This document shows, one piece after another, positions 34,161-48,294 of a stretch of DNA of 64,000 bases. Each line of letters starts with the position of its first letter. Position 1 is the stretch's first letter. The position numbers were made by a program, and so were the translations under genes. Below the pieces are notes generated by a model. It was given only the letters and a program-made list of their open reading frames with translations, had not been told where the DNA came from and ran no database searches. The DNA is from Octopus bimaculoides (taxonomy: Eukaryota), in the NCBI RefSeq assembly GCF_001194135.2, contig NC_069006.1, forward strand, positions 17,878,259 to 17,942,258, in the 5' to 3' direction.

Positions 34161-35551
34161 TTGCCTGGCCAATAGACAATACAACACATAGGTAACTAGA
34201 CACTTTGTTCCTCAATCAACATTACCACATATATATGCCCAAACTAAACTAAACGGATATGTATGTGTACATTTACACACACACACACATATATATATGT
34301 AAACACACACACACACACACACACATTTACATATGTATATGTGTTTGAAGTGGTGTACAGATATTGTATATTGTGAAAAAGGAGGCAGTCAGAATTTTGT
34401 ATAATCCTTTATTAGTGCTTTCATTCATTTACAAACTCATCAAGGAAAAATCAAAATGGTGAAGACAGAACATTTTGTTGTTCATTTATATAAATTGGAT
34501 GTTTTTTTTTTTGTGTGTTTAGAAGAGGAGAATGCTGGGTTTTTTGGGGGGGAGGGTTTGGAAAAAGAGAGAAAGAAAAGCAAAGCAGTAGGGAGGAAAA
34601 AATATGTATATATATGTGTGTGTGGGTGTGTATGCATCTATATGTATGTGTGTATATATGTATACATGTATGTGTATATATATCTGTATACATACACACA
34701 CAGCATATTTCATTTAGTTTCCACCTACCAAATCTACTCACAAGGTTTTGGTTGGTGCGGGGGNNNNNNNNNNNNNNNNNNNNNNNNNNNNNNNNNNNNN
34801 NNNNNNNNNNNNNNNNNNNNNNNNNNNNNNNNNNNNNNNNNNNNNNNNNNNNNNNNNNNNNNNNNNNNNNNNNNNNNNNNNNNNNNNNNNNNNNNNNNNN
34901 NNNNNNNNNNNNNNNNNNNNNNNNNNNNNNNNNNNNNNNNNNNNNNNNNNNNNNNNNNNNNNNNNNNNNNNNNNNNNNNNNNNNNNNNNNNNNNNNNNNN
35001 NNNNNNNNNNNNNNNNNNNNNNNNNNNNNNNNNNNNNNNNNNNNNNNNNNNNNNNNNNNNNNNNNNNNNNNNNNNNNNNNNNNNNNNNNNNNNNNNNNNN
35101 NNNNNNNNNNNNNNNNNNNNNNNNNNNNNNNNNNNNNNNNNNNNNNNNNNNNNNNNNNNNNNNNNNNNNNNNNNNNNNNNNNNNNNNNNNNNNNNNNNNN
35201 NNNNNNNNNNNNNNNNNNNNNNNNNNNNNNNNNNNNNNNNNNNNNNNNNNNNNNNNNNNNNNNNNNNNNNNNNNNNNNNNNNNNNNNNNNNNNNNNNNNN
35301 NNNNNNNNNNNNNNNNNNNNNNNNNNNNNNNNNNNNNNNNNNNNNNNNNNNNNNNNNNNNNNNNNNNNNNNNNNNNNNNNNNNNNNNNNNNNNNNNNNNN
35401 NNNNNNNNNNNNNNNNNNNNNNNNNNNNNNNNNNNNNNNNNNNNNNNNNNNNNNNNNNNNNNNNNNNNNNNNNNNNNNNNNNNNNNNNNNNNNNNNNNNN
35501 NNNNNNNNNNNNNNNNNNNNNNNNNNNNNNNNNNNNNNNNNNNNNNNNNNN

Positions 35552-35597
<46 letters not shown>

Positions 35598-35639
35598 TAT
35601 GTTTATATGTGTATATACTGAAGTTCATAGATTTGTGTG

Positions 35640-35678
<39 letters not shown>

Positions 35679-36484
35679 ATCTCTCCCTGGTTGCTAGAGG
35701 CATTATCAGTTGAGCTCCGGATTAATATCAAGTGTTCTAACATGGATATAAATAAAAATGCTTAATCTGTTGTTGTTCTATTTTGAATAGAAGATAGGAT
35801 TACCCGAGCTACTTAAAATAACGACTGCTTCAGTTTGTGGTGGTGGTGGTGGTGGTGGTGGTTCGTAGAGGTGTTGTTGTTGCCTACTGCATTATTAATG
35901 TCACTGAGAGCCAACTGTATAACCAGTTCACCACTTCTAGTACTTATTCATAAGTCCACAGCACTAGAGGCCACTTATAGGCAAATCTGGTGCAGTTTAT
36001 TCCGTACCCATCTGAGAGTTACTTGTCAGCTTAACCTTGGAACTGAAATTTCGGCTAATCTACTGACTGTCCTGGTTGCAACTGAGGCCTTTTGTACTCA
36101 TTTCGGTCTTCGAAGCTGCTGTCTCAATGAAACGGCTTAAAGGTCATCAACCCCAACGATAGGGAATCTCTTATGCAGTTACATAACCTGCTAGAAGCAT
36201 TAGTCAAATCTCTCTTAAATCATACTATACATCTCATGTAATAATGGAGCCTGAAATATACTACATCTAACACACACATGCACACGCACACACACGATGG
36301 GATGGTTATGGTTGGATTGGTGTGATTGATTGGGTGTTTCCTGGTTGCAGTCATTAAAATTGGTTGTCCAGTTTTATTCTGAATCTGTAGGAATCAAATA
36401 TTGTTTGACCACAGGTCAGCTCTAAAACAGCTGACTATGCTCAGAGAAACTCCAACCACAACTGCCCCATCTGATTCATATGTG

Positions 36485-37225
36485 TGTGTGTGGTAAGAAA
36501 CTTGCTTCTCAATCACACGGTCTTGGGTTCAGTCCCACTGCATGCCTCCTTGGGCAAGCGTCTTCTACTATAGCCTTGGGTCAACCAAAGCCTTGTGAGT
36601 GGATTTAGTAGGTAGAAACTGAAAGAAGCACATCATGTATATATATATATATTTATGTGTGTGCGCCTTTGTGTCTGTTTGTCCTCCCATCAATGTTGGT
36701 GTGTTTATATCTCTGTAACTTAGCAGTCTAGCAAGTACTAGGCTTACAAAGAATAAGTCCTGGGGTCGATTTCTTCAACTAAAAACCCTTTAAGGCAGTG
36801 CCCCAGCATGGTCACAGTCAAATGGCTGAAACAAGTAAAAGATAAAAGATGAAAAATATAGGCAAAGGTATGGCTCTGTGGTAAGAAGTTTGCTTCCCAA
36901 CCTCATGGTTCCAGTTCAGTTCCACTGCATGGCACCTTGGGCAAGTACTCTACTATAGCCCCAGGCCAACCAAAATCTTGTGAGAGGATTAGATAAATGG
37001 GATCTAAAAGAAGCCTGCTGTATATGTGTTTGTCCCCACCACAACTTGACAATCCAACGTTTGTTTGTTTGTTTGTGTACTTAGCGATTTGGCAAAGGAG
37101 ACCAATAGAAAAAATACCAGTTTTAAAAAGAATGTAGTGGGGTAGGTCTGTTCAACTGAAACCCTTCAAGCTGGTGCCCCAGCGTTGCCTCAGTCCAATG
37201 ACTAAAACAAGCAAAAGACAGAAGA
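36485..37225 (+). mobile_element. Two head-to-tail full-length family A SINEs
   Basis: First ends GTAAAAGATAAAAGATG (about 36850); second head GGTATGGCTCTGTGGTAAGAAG starts about 36868. Confidence 0.85.
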
Positions 37226-37584
37226 CATATTTTTAAACAGGACTACATTGTCTAATGAATGAATCCCTTATTTTCAGACAGTAGGGTGTAAATCGAGGAG
37301 GATTAGGCTGCCATCTCAGACAGGTCAAACAAACATGTCGAGGTTTGCTCGGCTTTTTTATGCATGAATCAGATCATTAAATAGTTGTATGATGTCAGAC
37401 TAACATTTCATTTGTGTGCCTTTTTGTTGGGTTCTGTGACAATGTCTGTTGTAGCATTGTGATTCCCATATCAGCTGATGCACCAGTGATCTCCACCATT
37501 CAGCATTAATGCATTGTGGAGAGTCTCTTGGTTTATTACTATTGCTGCTGTTGTTATCGTTATTATCATTATTANNNNNNNNNN

Positions 37585-37895
37585 GAGTGTTTATTGAGTG
37601 AAAACACCTAAAGCTCCACGAGGCTCCGGCAGGGGATGGTGGCGAACCCTGCTGTACTCTTTCACCACAACTTTCTCTCACTCTTACTTCCTGTTTCTGT
37701 TATGCCTGTAATTCAAAGGGGCCAGCCTTGTCACACTCTGTGTCATGCTGAATATCCCCGAGAACTACGTTAAGGGTGCACGTGTCTGTGGAGTGCTCAG
37801 CCACTTGCACGTTAATTTCACGAGCAGGCTGTTCCGTTGATCAGATCAACTGGAACCTTCGACGTCGTAAGCGACGGAGTGCCAACAACAACAAC
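37585..37895 (+). mobile_element. SINE family C
   Basis: Near-identical to 10877-11196; (AAC)n tail. Confidence 0.85.
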
Positions 37896-37939
37896 ATTAT
37901 TGTTATTATGGTTGTTATTGTTAATATTATTATTATTAT

Positions 37940-38165
37940 CTAAGGCAGCAAGCTGAGAGAATCATTAGCATGCTGATCGAGGGTGCTTAGCAGTATTTTG
38001 TCCATCTTTCATATTCTAAGTTTAAATTCGGCTGAAGTTGACTTTATCTTTCATCCTTTTGGGTGGGGGGATCAATAAAACAAGTAACTGTTGAGTACTG
38101 GGGTTGATGTAATCAATACCCCCCTCGCCTAAAATGCTGGCCTTGTGCCAGAATTTGGAATCATT
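37940..38165 (+). mobile_element. SINE family D preceded by (TAT)n
   Basis: TATTATTATCTAAGGCAGCAAGCTGAGAGAATC head. Confidence 0.8.
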
Positions 38166-38244
38166 ATTATTAATATCATTATTGTTGTTGTTATTATTAT
38201 GAAAGGTTAAAAAAAGTTTCACTGAGGTCAACCTTGTTTTTAAT

Positions 38245-38590
38245 GAAGACCATATCATAAATCTTCTAAGACCAAGAAATATCTAAATAATACATCATAA
38301 ATTTAATGATTATGACCACGGTGCATCAAACTCTCACATAATAAATTTTCTGTGAGCAAGACACATCTAAATACCACATCGTAAATTTTCTGACTATGAC
38401 CAAGATGCATCTAGATAACATATAAATTTTCTAAGACCAAGTTGCATGTAAATACCACATCATAAATTTTATGAATTAGACCACGAAACAGCTGAATAAC
38501 ACATGGTAAATTTTCTATGACCAAGATGTATCTAAATACCACATCATAAATTTTCTGACTGAGACCAAGGTCACATCTAAATTTCTGTGA
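38245..38590. repeat. Minisatellite, about 38-43-bp unit, about 8 copies
   Basis: GACCAAGATGCATCTAAATACCACATCATAAATTTTCT-like unit. Confidence 0.85.
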
Positions 38591-39408
38591 GAGCTAAATA
38601 GCAGCTTATGTTTTAAATTGTTAAAGAGAGAGAGAGAGTGAGAGAGAGAGAGAGAGTGAGAGAGAGAGAGAGAGACAGACATATGCAGAGCTAAACACAA
38701 GCTTGAATCTTAAATCATCAAATTTGAAATGAGATTTCAAGGCAAGTTGGAGAAAAAAAAAAAAATTTTTTTAAGTGAAGAAAAAAAAAATCAAAAGAAA
38801 AAAAGCAAACAAGAAAACATTGATTATAAAAAAACAACAACAAAAAACAGTCAAGACAGAAAGATAAATTACAAAAAAATTCCAGGTGCAGCAAAGTGTG
38901 TGTGTGTGTGTGGTGGGGTTGGGTGTGTATGGAGATATGAAAGATAAAGGATGCTATTTTACATAATCTACTGATGAGAGAAAGATAAAAAAAAAATAGG
39001 AGGGAGAGGAGAATGCAGGTTTGTAGTAGAGACAGAAGTGAGGTACTAAAGTGACTACCCCTCACATTTAGAAAGTGCCTTGAGGTGGGGTGTGGAGAGT
39101 GCGGTGTTTTCTCTCTCTCTCTACATATATATATATATGTATATATATACATATATACACATGCTCATAGAGACACATATATATGCATATATGTGTGTGT
39201 GCACATATATATACATATACACACTCTAGCATTAGACACTTCAGCATATTTCTGCAGAGAGTTTCAGAATAACAAATTACAGCAGTACAAAGATACTGTG
39301 ATAAAGAATGCTGGAGTAAGATGGCATGTATATGTATGTGTATATATATGTATATATATATATATATATATACATACATACACACACACACACAGATGTA
39401 TGTGCACT

Positions 39409-39457
<49 letters not shown>

Positions 39458-40177
39458 AAGTGAGCTAGAGATTGAAAAACATACTGAAAGATACACACAC
39501 ATACATACATACACTAAAACACACACATAGACACACACTAACCCCTCCTCTCCCCCACAAAAAAAAAACCAATAACCAGAAAAACAAAAAAAACTCAAAA
39601 AAACAAACAAACAAATCCCTCAAGAATGCAATTATGAAGAAGAAATATTTCAGTTAATGGTGCCTGACAATAGAATCAGTGGAAAATAAAGATCTTTGTT
39701 GGGAAACAACACAGTTATTAGGAAGTAAATTTCTCTGAAATATATTCGTTAGCGCCAATTAAGCAAAAAAGAAGGAAAAAAAAGAAAAAGAAGAGGAAGA
39801 CATCTCCACCACCACCACCACCACCAACAACAACAACGTCAAGGCACACTGTTTCATTATTCCAGCAAGCACTCTTCGCTAACTAATATTGTTAATTTTA
39901 TACTAAGTTCATTAGTTTAAATATCAGTATTTGTGCAGGAGCTGCCAACTGGGATGGTGCTTCTGTTTATTTTACATGTAGTTTTCGAAAATCGACATGA
40001 CATCAAAACATGGTAGGAAATGTTGCCAAGAATATTTGCAGTGCTAATTGTGGGGAGGAGGAGGAGAACTCTTGGAGACAAGAGAAGAAAAACGAAAGAA
40101 AGACAGATGGTAGCGTACTTACTATCACAAAGCTTACTGCCGACTATAAAGATCAGTGTTGCTACAGCTGGCGTGTA

Positions 40178-40369
40178 CAAGGGTCTGCTGAAAAGTTCCT
40201 GGCTTTGGGTTAATTATGATTTTATTCAACATGTTCTCTCACAGATTCACACACTTATTGCATCAATCCTTCAGTTTTTCCAAGCCCTGTAAAAGAACTC
40301 AGAAGGTTGAGCCTCCAACCAAGCCTTTTGTAATACCCTTAAAGCCAAGGACATCTCAGCACCCCTTCA
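40178..40369. mobile_element. mariner-type MITE, family J
   Basis: TA-CAAGGGTCTGCTGAAAAGTTCCTGGCTTT ... CTCAGCACCCCTTCA-TA. Confidence 0.85.
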
Positions 40370-40375
40370 TATATA

Positions 40376-41098
40376 CAGAGTGTGATGGGTAAATTGTCAC
40401 CATTTTATATTTTATAATTTTGTGCATGCGCATTATTTGCTTTTGATTTTGTCAACTACACAGTATAGTAGGGTCAGTTGGGTACCATCTGTGAGAAAAG
40501 CAGCACCATGATGCAGTTCACTCTGTTAGAAATTTGGAAACGACATGCTGTACTGCTTGGCATTCATGCTGGAAGCTCCAGTATGAGTGTTTGGGTGTCA
40601 ATCTGAGGACATGTACTGAGAGTGATAAAAATCAAATGTCCAGTCAACATCATAATATTTGGAGTGATCACTAGTGATGGCGATGTTGTGCCTCCAATCA
40701 TTTTCCCACATGGCCTCAGACTCAACACGGAGGCCTACATCAAGTGCCTGGAGGAGGTAGTACTGCCCTGTGTCAAGAGGGTAGCTACTGGAAGACCCTA
40801 TGTCTGGCAACAGGACTCTGTACCATGCCACACAAGCAGGAGAACCCAGACAATTTCTGCGACCACATCACCCTTAACATCTGGCCAGCTAACTCCCCAA
40901 ACTGAAAGCCCTTTGATTATTATGTGCGGGGCACAGTTGAGTGAGAGACCCAACAAAACTCCTTGTAACACCAAAGATGAACTGAAGGCAAGGATTATGG
41001 CAGCATTCACCAACTCGAACAAGGAGACCATCCAGAAGAGTTGCAGGAGATTCCAAAGTCGTCTGGAGGTTGTGGTTAAAGCCAATGGCGATTTTATT
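40376..41098 (+). mobile_element. Internally deleted, frameshifted Tc1/mariner-superfamily transposon (maT/DD37D-like transposase)
   Basis: TA-CAGAGTG terminus. ORF FGVITSDGDVVPPIIFPHGLRLNTEAYIKCLEEVVLP..GRPYVWQQDSVPCHTSRRTQ, then shifted NFCDHITLNIWPANSPN*KPFDYYV..G, and CRRFQSRLEVVVKANGDFI. Confidence 0.9.
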
Positions 41099-41624
41099 GT
41101 GTGTGCATGTAAAGATATGTATGTGTATGCATATATCTTTTTTGCATCTTTTATCTANNNNNNNNNNNNNNNNNNNNNNNNNNNNNNNNNNNNNNNNNNN
41201 NNNNNNNNNNNNNNNNNNNNNNNNNNNNNNNNNNNNNNNNNNNNNNNNNNNNNNNNNNNNNNNNNNNNNNNNNNNNNNNNNNNNNNNNNNNNNNNNNNNN
41301 NNNNNNNNNNNNNNNNNNNNNNNNNNNNNNNNNNNNNNNNNNNNNNNNNNNNNNNNNNNNNNNNNNNNNNNNNNNNNNNNNNNNNNNNNNNNNNNNNNNN
41401 NNNNNNNNNNNNNNNNNNNNNNNNNNNNNNNNNNNNNNNNNNNNNNNNNNNNNNNNNNNNNNNNNNNNNNNNNNNNNNNNNNNNNNNNNNNNNNNNNNNN
41501 NNNNNNNNNNNNNNNNNNNNNNNNNNNNNNNNNNNNNNNNNNNNNNNNNNNNNNNNNNNNNNNNNNNNNNNNNNNNNNNNNNNNNNNNNNNATATATATA
41601 TGCCATGGGCTTCTTTCAGTTTCC

Positions 41625-41990
41625 ATCTATCAAATCCATTCACGAGGTTTTGGTCAGCCCGAGGCTATAGTAGAAGACACTTGCTCAAGGTGCCATGGAG
41701 CAGGACTGAACACTGAACTATATGGTTCAGAAGCCACGCCATATACATTCAAATATGTATGTTATCGTCATCATCATTTAACATCCATTTTCCATGCTGG
41801 CATGGGTTGGACAACTGGCCAGGCTCCAGTTCTCTGTTTTGGCTTTGTTTCTACAGTTGGATGCTCTTCCTGACACCAACCACTTTACAGAGTGTGCTGG
41901 GTCATATTGCTTACAAGCACAAGAGCCTTTACATGGTATTGGCATGAGGGCATTTTACACGGCACCAAAGCAAGTGTATTTTATGTGGCA
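41625..41990 (-). mobile_element. Family A 5' part and family E fragment, antisense
   Basis: CTTCTTTCAGTTTCCATC... (A); CATTTAACATCCATTTTCCATGCTGGCATGGGTTGGAC (E). Confidence 0.8.
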
Positions 41991-42965
41991 CCAGTACAAA
42001 TGCCAGTATGTATGGATATATGTTTGTGTGTAAAGATATGTTTGTATATAATTGACATTTTAATTATGTGAGTGTGTGTGTGTAGTGTGTGCGCACGGAC
42101 ACGTGTATATAATAGTATAATTTTTACGTTCATAATTGGAGGCCTGGTAAATTTGTCTAGATAGTATTTAATTAACTTGAAAAGCTGTTTGGCATTGTAA
42201 TCAAATTTGCGATAATTAGCCGGACATAATCCACTCACTCTCTCTCTCTCTCTCACACACACATACACACACACACTGTCTCTCTCATACATACTCTCTC
42301 TCTCATACATACTCTCTCTCTCATACATACTCTCTCTCTCATACATACTCTTTCTCTCATACATACTCTCTCTCTCTCTGTGGTCTCTTGATAAATTAGT
42401 CTGAATGATGAATGGCATAAAACTTGAATAGAACAGTCATTTTTGAGACATTTTAAGTAAAATAATAAGTGCTATTATCTTAATTAGTATTGTTTTTTTC
42501 TTTCTCTTAATTAATAACTGATAACTCACTTTAGCCTTTTGTTCTGTTTTAGTTCCATTTTCTCATTAACTTCTTTGAAAGGGGTGGATTTTATTTATTC
42601 ATTTTTTATTATTGTTATTATTTTAATTTTTCTTTTTTATTTGAGGATAGAAGGACAGTGCCCATTATCTAAGTTCGCTCTCCAGAGGATTTTCTGGCCT
42701 TGGAGAGGAAGCCTACTTCTGGAAAGGTTAACGTGTCTTCATCATTATCATCGTCCTTTAATGTCTGTTTTCCATGCTTACATGGACAGTCATTTACCGC
42801 CCATGTTCAATACTGCCATGGGTTGGATGGTTTGATTAGGGTCCAACAGGTGCAAAGACTGCATCATGCTCCAATGTCCACTTTGGCATGGTTTCTACAG
42901 ATGGATGCTCTTCTTAGCACTAACTATGTTAAACCATGTACTGGGAGCTTTTTTATTTTTTTGTG

Positions 42966-43114
42966 CATGGCCGTGTGGTAAGAAGCTTGCTTCCCAACCA
43001 CCTGCTTTGGGGTTCATCCCACTGTGTGGCACCATGGCCAACTGTTTTGTACTATAGCTTCAGACTGACCAAAGCCTTGTGAGTGGTTTTGATAGACAGA
43101 AACTGAAAGGAACC

Positions 43115-43166
<52 letters not shown>

Positions 43167-43385
43167 TGTGTGTGTGTGTATATATATGCATATAGCTATG
43201 TGTGTTTGTCTTTTTGTCTGTGTTTACATCCTCATAACTTAGTGGTCCAGTAAAGGAAACCATTGGAATAAGTACCAGACTTTAAAAATAAAAGTACTGC
43301 GGTTGATTCATTTAACTAAAAATTCTTCAGGGCGATGCTCCAGCATGGCCGCAATCAAATGACTGAAACAAGTAAAAGGTAAAAG
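42966..43385 (+). mobile_element. SINE family A, full length
   Basis: Head, internal (TA)n/(TG)n, and tail GACTGAAACAAGTAAAAGG. Confidence 0.85.
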
Positions 43386-43544
43386 GTGTTTGACACCAGC
43401 ACTGGTCTTGGCTGTTACATCAGAGATTAGTGGTGTGAGGTGATGATCCACTTGACTTTTCGTGTGAACGACTTACAATCTAATGAGAGAGAGTTCTCTA
43501 GTCACCCGATCTGCTAAAAATGACAACCAGATCTCTGGTGCTTG

Positions 43545-43930
43545 TGCCACGTAGAAGGCACTGGTGCTAGTGCCATGTAAAAAAAATACCCTGTATTCTC
43601 TGTAAAGTGGTTGGTGCCTGGAAGGATATCAAGCTGTAGAAAGCAAGCCAATCAGACTGGAACTTGATGCAGCTTCTGGCCTTACCAGCTCATGTCAAAC
43701 CATCCAACCCATGCCAGCATGGAAAATGGACGCTAAAGGATGATGATGATGATGATGATGATAATATTTGTGTGTGTGTGTGTGTGTGTGTATGATAGGT
43801 TTCTTTCAGTTTTTGTCTACCAAATCCACTCACAAGACTTTTATTGGCCTGAAGCAGTAGCAGAAGACACTTGTCCAAAGTGCCAAACAGTCAGATCGAA
43901 CCTGAAATCCGATGTGGTTGAGAAGTAAAC
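43545..43930. mobile_element. Family E fragment (+) followed by family A head (-)
   Basis: CAACCCATGCCAGCATGGAAAATGGACGC..(GAT)n; then TTTCTTTCAGTTTTTGTCTACCAAATCCACTCACAAG. Confidence 0.8.
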
Positions 43931-46057
43931 GTTTTAAACTCCCCCCCACATATACACACTCACACACGTGCACACACACACAAACACATGCACACATGTG
44001 TATGTATTGTCTTTGTTTATTCAATCTAATTTTCTTGCATTACTAATGGCTGAGAGGAAAACAGTTTCTGTTTTAATTCTGTTGATAATGGTGTGTAATA
44101 GTTTCAAATTGAGACAATGTCTTGTCAGCTGAGCCGACTGTCAGTGAGAGGTGAGACTGTGACAGAACGAGAGATATAGAGAGAAAGAGACACACACACA
44201 CACACTTTTCTCTCTCTCTCCTCTCTCCCTCCTCTCTTTCTCTCTCTCCTCTCTCCCTCTTTCTCTCTCCCTCTCACACACGGACAGAGAATCGTATTTA
44301 GACGGTTACTCTAAGATTTCAATTGAACTTCTTTTATGAATGCTATTAAAAAGCAGTGCTGCTTGGCGTAATCACTGGCCTCCTCTTCTATTTCTTCTTT
44401 AACTAATATACAATTACTTGCACAGCGCCGCTTGCCAAATTGATGCCCTTTTCAATGACCCCCTCCCCCCTCCCCGTCTGCTCTCCCACTGCCTCGCGTC
44501 CTCGTCTTGTCCTAGCCTAGCTATTAGAGGTTCTCATGTGAAGTAATTTCGCATGCCATTTGAACTGTACGGATTGTAGCTCGCTAAACTATATTTAATG
44601 GGCAAATTATATCAGCTCAGGACTTTCAGCTCGGTGGTGTGCCGNNNNNNNNNNNNNNNNNNNNNNNNNNNNNNNNNNNNNNNNNNNNNNNNNNNNNNNN
44701 NNNNNNNNNNNNNNNNNNNNNNNNNNNNNNNNNNNNNNNNNNNNNNNNNNNNNNNNNNNNNNNNNNNNNNNNNNNNNNNNNNNNNNNNNNNNNNNNNNNN
44801 NNNNNNNNNNNNNNNNNNNNNNNNNNNNNNNNNNNNNNNNNNNNNNNNNNNNNNNNNNNNNNNNNNNNNNNNNNNNNNNNNNNNNNNNNNNNNNNNNNNN
44901 NNNNNNNNNNNNNNNNNNNNNNNNNNNNNNNNNNNNNNNNNNNNNNNNNNNNNNNNNNNNNNNNNNNNNNNNNNNNNNNNNNNNNNNNNNNNNNNNNNNN
45001 NNNNNNNNNNNNNNNNNNNNNNNNNNNNNNNNNNNNNNNNNNNNNNNNNNNNNNNNNNNNNNNNNNNNNNNNNNNNNNNNNNNNNNNNNNNNNNNNNNNN
45101 NNNNNNNNNNNNNNNNNNNNNNNNNNNNNNNNNNNNNNNNNNNNNNNNNNNNNNNNNNNNNNNNNNNNNNNNNNNNNNNNNNNNNNNNNNNNNNNNNNNN
45201 NNNNNNNNNNNNNNNNNNNNNNNNNNNNNNNNNNNNNNNNNNNNNNNNNNNNNNNNNNNNNNNNNNNNNNNNNNNNNNCCCTCCTCTTCTCCCCACATTG
45301 TTAGTTATTGAGAGTTTATCATATTTTCTATTATGTCCTGTCTTTATTGTGTTCAGTTATGTTTTCTATTGTGAAAAAAGAAAAAAGAAAAAGAGAGAGA
45401 AAAAAAGTTTGGTTTGTGAGTGTAAGTGAGGATGAGTGTAAGTGAGGATGAGTAAGTGAGGATGAGTGTAGGTGAGTGGGTAGACTCCATTAAGGCTGTT
45501 TTAGTTTGGCTTTGTTGTGACATCTAAACACTGGAAGAACTTGCCACCACCACCACCACTGTCACACCACGCCATCCTGCACCATACTGCACTGTAATGC
45601 AACCCTGCTGTATCTCCACTGCTGTTGTGGTCAGTCTAGGACCATAAGTTGTTTACATCTATTGTGGACACTTACCTCTCTTGTGGCTAAAGAGTGTGGT
45701 ACCCCAGTTGGTGGAAGAGTCTCCATGTGAAAACTTGACTGAGCAGAGATAGCAGCCAAAATCTCCCTCAGATCACACCCTACTTGCTTAACCATTTAGC
45801 ATTTGGATTATTCTGTCTACTGTAATGTTTGTTTATTTATTTATTTATCTATTCACATTGCTTTGAATTGTGAATTATCTCATAGTTTTGTGATTTCAAT
45901 GATATGATTGTTTATTTTTAGAATGACAATGTAGAGTAGGTGTGAGAGGCTGGACCTGGTTACTTTATTATGGTTGTATTGTAGCCTGTACTATGATAAC
46001 TGTAGTAGTAGGAGGAGGAGGAGTAGGAGGAAAAGGAGCATGGAGATTATAACACGG

Positions 46058-46198
46058 GAAAGGCATCTAGTCATAGAAACCAAGCAAGGACTGACAATGG
46101 AGTCTGGTGCAGCCCCCAACCTTAGCAGCTCCAGTCAAACCGTCCAACCCATGCCAGCATGGAAAATGGACGTTAAATGATGATGATGATGATGATGA
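46058..46198 (+). mobile_element. Family E RTE 3' end with (GAT)n tail
   Basis: GTCAAACCGTCCAACCCATGCCAGCATGGAAAATGGACGTTAAATGATGATG. Confidence 0.8.
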
Positions 46199-47221
46199 GT
46201 GGCGGTGGCTGTGGCAGTGGCAGTGGTAGTGGTAGTGGCAGCAGCAGTGGTTGTAGAAAACCTGCACCAGTGGTAATAATGGTAGTAGTGGTAATGGTGG
46301 TGGTGGTGGTGGTGGTGGTGATGTTAATGGGGGGGTATAGAAGTGGTGTTATGATGATGATGCTGGTGGTGCTGGTGATGTTGGTAGGAGTGACAGTAAG
46401 AGTAAGGATAGTGATGGTGGTGATAACATTGGGGTTGAGATGGGGTCGTTATTGTGATGGTGGGGGTGGCAATGCCAATAACAATGGTGGTGGTGGTGGT
46501 GGTGGTGATGACAAGAACAATGACTGATGATGATGGTTGCAGTGATGATGATACCAACGATGACTAATGGTTGTGGTGATGGTGGTAATGATATCCCCAC
46601 TGTACATGGCCCTTTAATTTTCCATTCTGAAGAAGACTTCATTAAAATGAACCACTTCGTTGATGGAGCCCCGTAACTGCAGTGTGAAACAGCAAAGTGT
46701 GAGTAATTACCTCCGCCTCCACTCACACTCACACTTGTCACCACACCACTCCTCCTCCACAAAACTGTCACCAGTTCAAGCTAGGAATTTATTCAATTAT
46801 CTTCTCAACAATTCTTCTTCCTTTTGAATTTTCTCTCTCTCTCTCTCTCTCTCCCTCTCTTCCTCTTTCTTTCCTTCTCCTCCCTCTCTCTCTCTCACCA
46901 CTATTTTCCTCCCACCTTCACTCCTACCCCCCTCTACCCTTTTTAAATCTTGCCATTGTCTTCCTTTGTAAGGAGCTGATTTCATCAGAGATGCTTTCTA
47001 GGTATGAATCTCACTACAGCATGTGTGCAGGCGTGCACACACACACACACATTCACACGGTTTGTTATCTATTTCTTTCCCATTATGTCATTGTAAGTGT
47101 GTGTGTGTGTGTGTGTGCGTGCTCTCCCTTATCAATATATAGGCACATATGCACAAATAAAATCATACACTCACGACACAAGCATAGATGCATGCATTCA
47201 CCATAGTAATGTGTGTGTGTA

Positions 47222-47259
<38 letters not shown>

Positions 47260-47360
47260 TAATATAAACGCACAGTATGGAGTGAATCACTGACTGGTTC
47301 TCCTTAAATTTAACTGATGTATTATATATATAGTGTTTTTTCCAGTTGAACATACACACA

Positions 47361-47417
<57 letters not shown>

Positions 47418-48294
47418 TATTATATATGTATGTATGTATTATATGTGTGTATGTATGTATACACACACATGCTGATCACTAGTTGTCCTGATCTGATACA
47501 TCCTGTCTGTTTGTAGCATCATAAGTGTGCCACTCTTAAGCTATCTTTGAATCTGAACTGAGTTTTGCACATTGGTTAAGTTACCACTCCCCTATTCACA
47601 ACAATGAACTCTGCCTTCTAATTGTACTTATTTAAAGCTAAGCAAACTGAGGCAATGAGATTTTAAGTGCACCCCAACAATGCGGTATGAACCATTAACC
47701 TTATAATCAGAGGGTCACTAACTCTATCAACTTGACCAGCTGTATGTACATACGTAGTTATAATTGCTTTAGGAAATACACAGCAGTCTTTCCTGGATGC
47801 TTGTCTCTCTCTATCAGCGCTTCAGTCTCCACTATTGTAGTCTTCGAAACTTGTATTTAATTACACACAGCTAACTTCTTAATAACTAGTGAGACCTGCA
47901 ATGACTTGTGAGTCAATTTGTAGCATTAAACAACAGTATCTCCCATCACTGAAAAACTCATCTGTCACATTGTGGGTTTTAGAATTTTATTTATTTATTT
48001 TTTATTTTTTTGCTATTTTCATTCTTATATTTCCTTTCTATTGTATTCTTCACTTTGCTACAAAACGTTTATCCTACCAACATTTTCGCCCTTTATTTTC
48101 TTTGAATTCAGTTCGGACCCAAGTGGCCATCATTTATTTGTTTCTAATTTTAGTTTTGTCTGTATGTCAGTCTCCTCTCTCAGCGGCTATCTTATGAGAT
48201 TATTCAACCTACTAGAAAAAGCAGCCACTCTTATGAATCACAAAAAGGAAATGTTATATTGAATAAAAAAAACTGAATAAAGCTCCTTCTTTAG

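Noticed and set aside
46595-46710. Possible exon ending at a GTGAGT donor
   Set aside because: All three plus frames contain stops and there is no clear acceptor; it could still be non-coding but is unsupported.
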